DNA from: Neoechinorhynchus agilis
Taxonomy: Eukaryota > Animalia > Acanthocephala
NCBI GenBank assembly: GCA_051530055.1
Contig: CM121341.1
Span: forward strand, 15,850,784-15,914,783
Length of the DNA stretch: 64,000 nt
Direction of reading: 5' to 3'
Shown: positions 1 to 10,739 of the stretch, piece after piece
Numbering within the stretch: the first letter of the stretch is position 1
How the letters are laid out: the number at the start of each line of letters is the position of its first letter
The notes under the pieces: model-generated
Seen by the model: only the letters and a program-made list of their open reading frames with translations
Told to the model about the DNA's origin: nothing
Databases searched by the model: none
Made by a program: the position numbers and the translations under genes

Positions 1-27
1 GCACAGCAGTAATTAAGGATTGCGTCA

Positions 28-184
28 CATTCCGAGTGGATGTTTTCATTTGTCAATTGGAACCCATAGAATGCGCGAGTTTCAACCACTCACGTCTTTC
101 GCAAAATTCTCGATTTATTTGAGAGGCATGAAATTTTGGACACCTAAAGAGTTATTTCACCAATCCGTCTAAAAGCTCAAAGTC
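28..184 (-). pseudogene. Diverged RRM2 fragment (exon 3 start plus adjacent intron)
   Basis: Similar to ~1155-1312; minus strand reads [18 protein letters not shown] versus [18 protein letters not shown] in the intact gene. Confidence 0.8.
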
Positions 185-442
185 GAATGTTTTAAAAGCT
201 TACGTACGAAAAAAAGGAGCAAAATATTTGGCGTGGTTTGAAGAACAAAAACGTGCTGTAGAAACTGTGATTAACGTTTTGCGTTCACATAATACTAAAA
301 CTAATCTATGAACTTCGCATTTGCGAAGCTGACTCGCAAACTTAGTATCTAAAGATCTCAATGCGGGATGTTGACTTTGTTTAGTGCCTTTTCGCTCTCA
401 ATACAGTAAAAATGAGTATCATCTTCTATCATAGATTTAAGA

Positions 443-1850
443 TCAGAAGTCAGCGTCCAAGGAGAATTCATGTGATTTATCTCCGTGATTTACGTTTGGA
501 AGCAATACTCCAGCTTTCTGATACTCACCAACTCTTCTCTCGAAAAAATTAGTCTTGCCTTCAATCGATATATTTTCCATGAAATCAAATGGATTTGTCG
601 CATTGTAAATCTTCAAAGGCAGAACATAACATTTTTCAATTTTATCAAAAGTTCAGCAAACCTTTGGGCATCCCAGATCAATCAATAATCGGTCAGCTAC
701 GAAGTCAATATATTGACACATTAGACCAGCGTTCATTCCAATCAAACTATTGGGAATCGCTTCCTTCATAAATTCGTGTTCCACTTCCACAGCGGTAGTG
801 ATTATTTCCTTCATTCGTTCTTGGCTAGGCTTGTATTTTAGATGTCTGAATAGAAGTACCGCAAACTCAACATGCAAACTCTCGTCTCGGCTGATAAGTT
901 CATTGCTAAATGTTAGCCCGGGCATTAAACCCCTTTTCTTCATCCAGAATATCGCCGCAAATGACCCGCAAAAGAACACACCTTCAACTGTGGCAAAAGC
1001 TACCAACCGCTCCACAAATGGCAAAGTTTGATCTTTGATGTATCTGATAGCCCATTCCGCCTTTTTGCCTACGGTTTTCATCGTCGAAACTGCATTGAAA
1101 AGGCGATCCCGCTCATCGACTTCCTTTACGTAGGTATCAATCAAAAGACTGTACATTTCTGAGTGGATGTTTTCAATTGCTAATTGGAACCCATAGAATG
1201 CGCGAGCTTCTGCCACTTTCACATCTTTCGCAAAATTCTCGATCTATTTGAGAGGCATGAAATTTTGGTCAATAAAGAGTTATTTCACCAATCCGTCTAA
1301 AAGCTCAAAATCGCACCATTCAAAAGCTAGCTCACTGAAAAAAGACCAAACTGCTACAAAGCGCATTCTAAAGAACGACTTTTGCAATGGTAAAATCGAA
1401 GAATTGAGTATTTCCAAAATTTGATCCGGACAAAAAACACTCTATTGCGCTAGTAAAAAGAAGCGGATTCGTATCTGATCTTGAGCGCAATACCAGGACG
1501 ACGGGCAAAATATACTGACCAGATTTTCCATTACGATTCCATCAGACGCTGCAAAGAAAGCAAGGACGAATTTCAGGAAATGCTGTTCATCCGTTTTTAG
1601 TTGATTCCAATGAGTGAGATCTTTACTGAGATCCACTTCGGAAACCGTCCAAAACGATGCGACAGCCTGTTTGTACATCGTCCAGATTTCATCGAATTCA
1701 ATCGGGAAAAGGACAAATCGTTTCTCACGTTCAACCAATAAAATCTCTTCTTTGTCATGATCAAGACTCGCATACTAAGAAAAGATGAATGAAGAAATGG
1801 ACATTGTTTCAATGTACCTGAACAGAAGTAAAAGTTCCGTTAGAAGTCAT
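443..1850 (-). CDS. RRM2: Ribonucleotide reductase small subunit (R2), copy 1; 4 exons
   Basis: Spliced product [11 protein letters not shown]|[26 protein letters not shown]|[38 protein letters not shown]..|[32 protein letters not shown]. Three GT-AG introns (43, ~285, 51 nt). Confidence 0.95.
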
Positions 1851-1934
1851 CTAAAGCGTTGAGAAAAGGTATAAAAAGTTGAACGATACTTGAACAACGA
1901 ATGGCTGGCTACGATTTTACAAAAAAACACTAAT

Positions 1935-2960
1935 GGAATTCATTTGATGTGTAAAATGAGTCGTCAAAGTTTGCCGAGATGTCGACGAGTGACCGACGAT
2001 GTTTCAGATTCGTGGATGAAGTAGTTGGAATGAAAGTTTTTCTCCGTAAACTGAGTGAGAACTAACAAGTAGAGAGCTGTTTCAGCATTTCAGCACAAAA
2101 AACGTGCCTACGAGAACTGCTAAGACGGTTGATGGTGTTTTAAAGATATGCCAGTGGACTTTTTAGCGGTTATCGATCGGCACGTGAGTCGGATCCGGTG
2201 ATGAAAGCGTAGAAGTCTTCCTAAACCTGTTGACTGCCAATCAATCTAAAACACGGAACGGGTAATTGTATACTATTGGAAAAAGGATCAGAATTATTAT
2301 GATTTTCGCTTTATCAGTCAAATGTCACCTGAAAGTTTCAAACGTTTCATACAATAACGCTTAAAAACCGCCAAACCAATAAGTTTAAATCAGAAATGTG
2401 TTTGGAGGGCTTTTATTATTAGAAAATTTATGAGTCAATGGCATTCCGCAACTAGTTTTTTTCGAATTGTGCAGAATAAGGCATATGCATTCTTATTGTG
2501 ATGCTGAACACAAAGTGCAAGAATTCAAAAAGTATCAATAAATCATCTCGTTCTGAATACTTTCAGATTGTGATAAATGTATCATTCAAAGAAAATAAAA
2601 TCGATTTACTCGTTCCAAATGAAACAGGATTGATAATTGTAGGAACTCATAATAATTATAGCGCTGAAAGTGTGCCCAAGATGCTCGTGAAAAAGTTTCT
2701 TTTTGTGAGTTCTAAACGATTCCGTTGAAATTTGAACTTTCGTCAATTTCTGACTTACCAGAGTGAAAAATGTTTCCCAGGAAAATAAATTCTGAACCAC
2801 AAATTAATTTAATGGAGTCGACGATTTTCCGAGTCATCGAATTGCATCTATCTTTCGTTTTCTGACGATGGAAAGGAATGTGATAGCAGCGCTGGTCTTG
2901 CAGTGCTTTCCCTGGGACTTTTCTGGAATTTTCTCGACCAAACAAAGTCAAGGTATCGAC
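1935..2960 (-). CDS. Putative multi-exon gene of unknown product just upstream of RRM2
   Basis: Several plausible short GT-AG introns (e.g. CTG|GTAAGT at ~2756) and short open exons. No recognisable domain; exon chain not resolved. Confidence 0.3.
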
Positions 2961-3719
2961 TTTGGATTTGTTTTCCAATTAAATATCGTTAAGAATCGAA
3001 TAAGGTTGCTCTCTACCAATTGTAATGCTTCATGGTTATATTTCAAAATTTGAATTGTGCTAATTTTGAAAAGTGGCTTATAATGGTTTCTGTTGTACAA
3101 AAAAGGCCTCTCAGCCACGCAAATATTCGAAAATTATAGTACATGTTTTGTAATGTTCAATTGATTTTTTATGTGCCTAAAATAGCTAATCCATTAGACA
3201 AAATGAATGTTAGTAAAATTTTCTCTTTCTAATCGTCATCCTAATTTGTATAATGTCAACACACAGCAGTTGATTGTCCATTTGTAATCCCACTTTAACT
3301 TTATTCAAAATTAGTTTACAAATTATTGGTTCTATAGAAACGTTATTTTTTCAATTGGATTATTGCATTTTTTCGCATTATGACCAAAATCGCCGAAGAC
3401 GACGATCGTAGAGTTCACTCCTTGGCAGGGGCGAAGAACGTTGATTTATCAGTGCTTTTGAATTTTAAAGCGTACTGTGAACTTGTCGAAAAAAATTTAG
3501 TTCCACCGTCCACGTAACTTTAGACATCTATTATTTCAAATAATCAAAAATTTATTCGATTCTCATAGTATTTTCGAAAACACTACCAAAGAATTTTCCA
3601 AAAATATTTTTCGTCAACAGAAAATCACATTTGTTTCTTAATCACTACATCTCGTGCGCTGAAGATGACATCTTCTATAAACCGACAAACGCTTTTGGCA
3701 TTTACTAAATTCGTTTCAG

Positions 3720-5106
3720 ATGTTTTCAAAAGTATTAAAATCTTGCGATTCGGATATTTTTGAACAAATGAATTGCGAGAGGTTCATCGCCGAGGGAGGA
3801 TTCGGAAAGGTGTACATTGTTAGTTTCAAAAATGATACCAACAAACGAATGTATGCTCTAAAATTGATGAGAATATCACAGTTGATGGCATGTCCTTTAT
3901 TTGTCGAAGGTGTAAAGACTGAGCGGTATGTTTTGGAGATGCTTATTCAATATCCGTCAATCGTTACCATGCGATATGCATTCCGAACGGATAGATATTT
4001 GGCAATAATGACAGGTATGTTAACTTCTACGGTTAGTCCAATTAAAATCCTCATATTCTTCAGATTTTCTCAAATTCCATGATCTCCGAAACCGAATGTA
4101 TGATACTTCGGAGCTTTCTGAAAAGGATACATCGATTTGTGCTGCGGAAATAGCTTATGCGCTCGGAATTCTTCATGAGGTATAACTAAATATTTATGAA
4201 TTGAGCTTATGTTGATTAAAATTCAGAATCGTATAATACATCGGGACATAAAATTATCTAATATATTGATTGACGACAACGGGCATTTGGTTTTGGTTGA
4301 TTTTGGATTAGCTCGCATTTTCGAGTCTGATGAGGAGCCGACAGCATAAACCCGAAACTTCATTTCATGAACTACGGTGATGTCTCCAAGATAAAATCTA
4401 TACTTGTTTTTCTTCTCTAAAATGAAGTTTCGCGGAATACTCCATTTGCGGAACTGTGGACTATTGGGCCCCTGAGGTTTTCGTGAATCCGCTGAGTGGT
4501 TACTCTTACGCTATTGATTGGTGGGCTCTTGGAATCATTTGTTTTGAATTGTTAACAGACCAGGCATTGTTTGGCCCGACTGGAGTTACCGAGGAAACGA
4601 AGAAAATGAACATAATTGCTGGCAAAATAGACTATCCGGATCATATTTCCCAGAATGCCAGAGACTTTATAAATAAGCTTTTAATTCCTGATCCTAGTGA
4701 ACGATTGGGATCCAGAGGAGGTCTTAAAGAACTCAAAGAACATCCGTTTCTTGCTTCGATTGATTGGATGAAGGTCGCAACAAGAACCAATGATCCAGTT
4801 AAGAAGTTCACGATTCCTTTGAGTTTTGAACCGGAGGTTTTGATCGAAGCAAGCGAAAGCTCATCCTTGCACTTTGATCTAAGTGACAATACAGAAAATA
4901 TTGAGATGCTTTTTGAGGTATTTGTTTCTTGTAACGCTTCCTATCTCACAATACCGAATTTTAGAATTTCCACTATGCTCACCCATCAGAGGTGCAAGAA
5001 GCTAACGGCACTTTGTCAACTGCATGTCAAAGGTTCCTGCCAATACCTCCCAGTGTTTATTTTTGCGTACCCAATAAGGGACCGCACTTGAAATACTCCG
5101 TGTGGT
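3720..5106 (+). CDS. RSK/MSK-like kinase, copy 1: intact N-terminal AGC domain, truncated by a Penelope insertion
   Basis: [55 protein letters not shown] and hydrophobic motif FENFHY; three canonical ~47-nt introns plus a 91-nt non-canonical insert. Confidence 0.85.
4349..4439 (+). other. TA-flanked hairpin insert / candidate non-canonical intron in kinase activation loop
   Basis: GCA TA|AACCCGAAACTTCATTT...AAATGAAGTTTCGCGGAATA|C TCC; 13-bp inverted repeat; removal gives A-Y-S-I-C-G-T. Confidence 0.75.
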
Positions 5107-5708
5107 TATATAGAAATTCCTTACATAAATGATAGGTGGAATTCCAATATAGAAACATTGATCAAACAACTCGATATGAAGAAGGAATGCATTATGTATT
5201 CCAAAAGGGGACAAACACTATATTGTTTGTTACAACCTAAAAGAGTGGACAATATAAACGAGTGCGTCTATAGGATCCCCTGCGTGGACTGTGATCAATC
5301 GTATGTAGGAAAAACGAACAATATAAAGAGACGGCTCAACGAACATCGCAGAACTGTGTCCAGAAAAATGGATACAAGCTCTGCGATTGTACACCACGTG
5401 ATTGAAAATGATTATCGGATCAATTTTGATGCCACTGACATTCTAGCAAAATGTAACAACCGTAGAGACAGAATAACGATGGAGGCCATTTTAATACAAA
5501 CAACGCGTACATTTACGCACAATAAGGCGGATTACAAACTACACCTGCGCCTTCCACCTGATATACGTCTTAAAGGGCAAATGGTTGTAAAGTGACGTGT
5601 TTTAGATATCTGAACAAGGCCCACTCTCAGGCCGAAAATTAATTAAATTAATCTTTAATTCTTTAATTACGCCAAATATCAATTTAACAATGGCAAATAT
5701 ATATTCAA
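5107..5708 (+). mobile_element. 5'-truncated Penelope-like element (GIY-YIG part and 3' end)
   Basis: ORF 5158-5595 CVYRIPCVDCDQSYVGKTNNIKRRLNEH; 3' end TATATTCAA shared with other copies; degenerate hammerhead-like motif at ~5610-5640. Confidence 0.9.
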
Positions 5709-6059
5709 GTTTTCTTCGTATCGCACTCAAATAAGAGGCATACAGTAACGATGTTCTCTCTATTTTTTACAGAAGTGCGGTAAAAGATTGACGTAAAGGA
5801 AAAAATCCTAATAATAATAATTTGTTTAGTGCGCGCAGTCTGAAAAATCTGCAATATTAAAGTCAAGGATTAAATTTATAGAAAGGGTATAGATAAATTA
5901 TATCAATTTAATATTCTCGTTGAACCCTAAATTAAGCGCCACCCACTTATTATCAGCCACTTTTTTCACATCTATCGTTATGTGTAACCAATAAAGAGAA
6001 TTTTTATTTCGTTTGAAGATTTTTGAAATTCAATCAATCTTCATTTCTCGACAATTAAC

Positions 6060-6455
6060 ACACTCACCACCTCCCGCCGAATTCCAGCTTTTGTCCTTCC
6101 TCGACCGCCCGTTGTACTGCTTGCGAGATATTTTGTCGAAGGAATACGCCTGCTCTTGAGTCTCCGGTTGCCTCTCTCAATTTCTTCGAGAGATCCTGGA
6201 GCAGAGAGAGTGCCGAGCTGCCGAGCGCTCCATACGTCTCTACCCCAAAGGGGACAAAATAGTGAGCCTCGATAAGTGAAGATATTTCCGTATTTTCCTC
6301 CCTTCCGCTGCACTGGCGGCACCACCGGCGATTTCGAGGGAGTAGGGGATGTTGCTGGCTGCGAGGGTATCCACACACGTGGCGTCCCTTAGAAGGCATT
6401 TGCCCTCCCGCCACGGGAAGACCGAAATTCCATCGGGCCTACGGATTGTAAATTT
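6060..6455 (-). mobile_element. CRE-type non-LTR retrotransposon C-terminal fragment (restriction-like endonuclease), frameshifted
   Basis: RPDGISVFPWREGKCLLRDATCVDTLAAS and FVPFGVETYGALG..LRQNISQAVQR motifs split across two frames; GC-rich island. Confidence 0.75.
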
Positions 6456-7051
6456 CATTTAGATTAATTTGGCCACCAGATGATGAGAGAAATATAATGC
6501 TCATCCGGTTATACAAATGATAAACTTGTAGTCTTTTTTCTAAATTTGTTTTTGATACGTTTCATTAAACTGAACCCTCGTTCATCGTCACCCCTAGCGA
6601 CTTGATTAATGCTACAAATATCTAACATAAACGACAGTTCGGTCTTCATTCTTCAAAGTTTAGCTCACTATGTCGTGGAATGTATGACTATAACAATTTC
6701 AAACTTTTTCTGCAATCAAAAATGTGAAGTTGACATACTGATCACAGACTTGAGGTGGCATTTTCATAACACTTTGGTATAAACCATGGAAACTTTGTGA
6801 TGATACGTTTATACTTTTCATAAAGTTGAACCCTCGTTCATAGTCAGCACAATGTCACCCCCATCACACATTTGATTAAACATTCTAAGCAGTGTTTCAA
6901 TATTTTGCACAAATGAACCTTATTTTAAAGCCAATGTCCAAGTCTTCTTTATGTTCTACAAGATGCACTCGAAACGTCATTCAGCTCAGTGAGTGTCCGG
7001 CGAAATTGTGTATTTTTAAGGTTTGCACAGCAGTAATTAAGGATTGCGTCA

Positions 7052-7208
7052 CATTCCGAGTGGATGTTTTCATTTGTCAATTGGAACCCATAGAATGCGC
7101 GAGTTTCAACCACTCACGTCTTTCGCAAAATTCTCGATTTATTTGAGAGGCATGAAATTTTGGACACCTAAAGAGTTATTTCACCAATCCGTCTAAAAGC
7201 TCAAAGTC
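7052..7208 (-). pseudogene. Diverged RRM2 fragment, duplicate of 28-184
   Basis: Same sequence at offset 7024. Confidence 0.8.
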
Positions 7209-7466
7209 GAATGTTTTAAAAGCTTACGTACGAAAAAAAGGAGCAAAATATTTGGCGTGGTTTGAAGAACAAAAACGTGCTGTAGAAACTGTGATTAACG
7301 TTTTGCGTTCACATAATACTAAAACTAATCTATGAACTTCGCATTTGCGAAGCTGACTCGCAAACTTAGTATCTAAAGATCTCAATGCGGGATGTTGACT
7401 TTGTTTAGTGCCTTTTCGCTCTCAATACAGTAAAAATGAGTATCATCTTCTATCATAGATTTAAGA

Positions 7467-8874
7467 TCAGAAGTCAGCGTCCAAGGAGAATTCATGTGAT
7501 TTATCTCCGTGATTTACGTTTGGAAGCAATACTCCAGCTTTCTGATACTCACCAACTCTTCTCTCGAAAAAATTAGTCTTGCCTTCAATCGATATATTTT
7601 CCATGAAATCAAATGGATTTGTCGCATTGTAAATCTTCAAAGGCAGAACATAACATTTTTCAATTTTATCAAAAGTTCAGCAAACCTTTGGGCATCCCAG
7701 ATCAATCAATAATCGGTCAGCTACGAAGTCAATATATTGACACATTAGACCAGCGTTCATTCCAATCAAACTATTGGGAATCGCTTCCTTCATAAATTCG
7801 TGTTCCACTTCCACAGCGGTAGTGATTATTTCCTTCATTCGTTCTTGGCTAGGCTTGTATTTTAGATGTCTGAATAGAAGTACCGCAAACTCAACATGCA
7901 AACTCTCGTCTCGGCTGATAAGTTCATTGCTAAATGTTAGCCCGGGCATTAAACCCCTTTTCTTCATCCAGAATATCGCCGCAAATGACCCGCAAAAGAA
8001 CACACCTTCAACTGTGGCAAAAGCTACCAACCGCTCCACAAATGGCAAAGTTTGATCTTTGATGTATCTGATAGCCCATTCCGCCTTTTTGCCTACGGTT
8101 TTCATCGTCGAAACTGCATTGAAAAGGCGATCCCGCTCATCGACTTCCTTTACGTAGGTATCAATCAAAAGACTGTACATTTCTGAGTGGATGTTTTCAA
8201 TTGCTAATTGGAACCCATAGAATGCGCGAGCTTCTGCCACTTTCACATCTTTCGCAAAATTCTCGATCTATTTGAGAGGCATGAAATTTTGGTCAATAAA
8301 GAGTTATTTCACCAATCCGTCTAAAAGCTCAAAATCGCACCATTCAAAAGCTAGCTCACTGAAAAAAGACCAAACTGCTACAAAGCGCATTCTAAAGAAC
8401 GACTTTTGCAATGGTAAAATCGAAGAATTGAGTATTTCCAAAATTTGATCCGGACAAAAAACACTCTATTGCGCTAGTAAAAAGAAGCGGATTCGTATCT
8501 GATCTTGAGCGCAATACCAGGACGACGGGCAAAATATACTGACCAGATTTTCCATTACGATTCCATCAGACGCTGCAAAGAAAGCAAGGACGAATTTCAG
8601 GAAATGCTGTTCATCCGTTTTTAGTTGATTCCAATGAGTGAGATCTTTACTGAGATCCACTTCGGAAACCGTCCAAAACGATGCGACAGCCTGTTTGTAC
8701 ATCGTCCAGATTTCATCGAATTCAATCGGGAAAAGGACAAATCGTTTCTCACGTTCAACCAATAAAATCTCTTCTTTGTCATGATCAAGACTCGCATACT
8801 AAGAAAAGATGAATGAAGAAATGGACATTGTTTCAATGTACCTGAACAGAAGTAAAAGTTCCGTTAGAAGTCAT
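7467..8874 (-). CDS. RRM2: Ribonucleotide reductase small subunit, copy 2
   Basis: Translated ORFs identical to copy 1 at offset 7024. Confidence 0.93.
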
Positions 8875-10739
8875 CTAAAGCGTTGAGAAAAGGTATAAAA
8901 AGTTGAACGATACTTGAACAACGAATGGCTGGCTACGATTTTACAAAAAAACACTAATGGAATTCATTTGATGTGTAAAATGAGTCGTCAAAGTTTGCCG
9001 AGATGTCGACGAGTGACCGACGATGTTTCAGATTCGTGGATGAAGTAGTTGGAATGAAAGTTTTTCTCCGTAAACTGAGTGAGAACTAACAAGTAGAGAG
9101 CTGTTTCAGCATTTCAGCACAAAAAACGTGCCTACGAGAACTGCTAAGACGGTTGATGGTGTTTTAAAGATATGCCAGTGGACTTTTTAGCGGTTATCGA
9201 TCGGCACGTGAGTCGGATCCGGTGATGAAAGCGTAGAAGTCTTCCTAAACCTGTTGACTGCCAATCAATCTAAAACACGGAACGGGTAATTGTATACTAT
9301 TGGAAAAAGGATCAGAATTATTATGATTTTCGCTTTATCAGTCAAATGTCACCTGAAAGTTTCAAACGTTTCATACAATAACGCTTAAAAACCGCCAAAC
9401 CAATAAGTTTAAATCAGAAATGTGTTTGGAGGGCTTTTATTATTAGAAAATTTATGAGTCAATGGCATTCCGCAACTAGTTTTTTTCGAATTGTGCAGAA
9501 TAAGGCATATGCATTCTTATTGTGATGCTGAACACAAAGTGCAAGAATTCAAAAAGTATCAATAAATCATCTCGTTCTGAATACTTTCAGATTGTGATAA
9601 ATGTATCATTCAAAGAAAATAAAATCGATTTACTCGTTCCAAATGAAACAGGATTGATAATTGTAGGAACTCATAATAATTATAGCGCTGAAAGTGTGCC
9701 CAAGATGCTCGTGAAAAAGTTTCTTTTTGTGAGTTCTAAACGATTCCGTTGAAATTTGAACTTTCGTCAATTTCTGACTTACCAGAGTGAAAAATGTTTC
9801 CCAGGAAAATAAATTCTGAACCACAAATTAATTTAATGGAGTCGACGATTTTCCGAGTCATCGAATTGCATCTATCTTTCGTTTTCTGACGATGGAAAGG
9901 AATGTGATAGCAGCGCTGGTCTTGCAGTGCTTTCCCTGGGACTTTTCTGGAATTTTCTCGACCAAACAAAGTCAAGGTATCGACTTTGGATTTGTTTTCC
10001 AATTAAATATCGTTAAGAATCGAATAAGGTTGCTCTCTACCAATTGTAATGCTTCATGGTTATATTTCAAAATTTGAATTGTGCTAATTTTGAAAAGTGG
10101 CTTATAATGGTTTCTGTTGTACAAAAAGGCCTCTCAGCCACGCAAATATTCGAAAATTATAGTACATGTTTTGTAATGTTCACTTGATTTTTATGCCTAA
10201 AATAGCTAATCCATTAGACAAAATGAATGTTAGTAAAATTTTCTCTTTCTAATCGTCATCCTAATTTGTATAATGTCAACACACAGCAGTTGATTGTCCA
10301 TTTGTAATCCCACTTTAACTTTATTCAAAATTAGTTTACAAATTATTGGTTCTATAGAAACGTTATTTTTTCAATTGGATTATTGCATTTTTTCGCATTA
10401 TGACCAAAATCGCCGAAGACGACGATCGTAGAGTTCACTCCTTGGTAGGGGCGAAGAACGTTGATTTATCAGTGCTTTTGAATTTTAAAGCGTACTGTGA
10501 ACTTGTCGAAAAAAATTTAGTTCCACCGTCCACGTAACTTTAGACATCTATTATTTCAAATAATCAAAAATTTATTCGATTCTCATAGTATTTTCGAAAA
10601 CACTACCAAAGAATTTTCCAAAAATATTTTTCGTCAACAGAAAATCACATTTGTTTCTTAATCACTACATCTCGTGCGCTGAAGATGACATCTTCTATAA
10701 ACCGACAAACGCTTTTGGCATTTACTAAATTCGTTTCAG

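Noticed and set aside
485-1031. Plus-strand ORFs over RRM2, and similar short antisense ORFs over ALDH3, SOD1, CRIM1, tubulin and COG6
   Set aside because: Shadow frames of real genes on the opposite strand; no independent motifs.
6545-6900. Diverged short direct repeat (TGAACCCTCGTTCAT core)
   Set aside because: Only two degenerate copies and no associated structure; likely an old local duplication.
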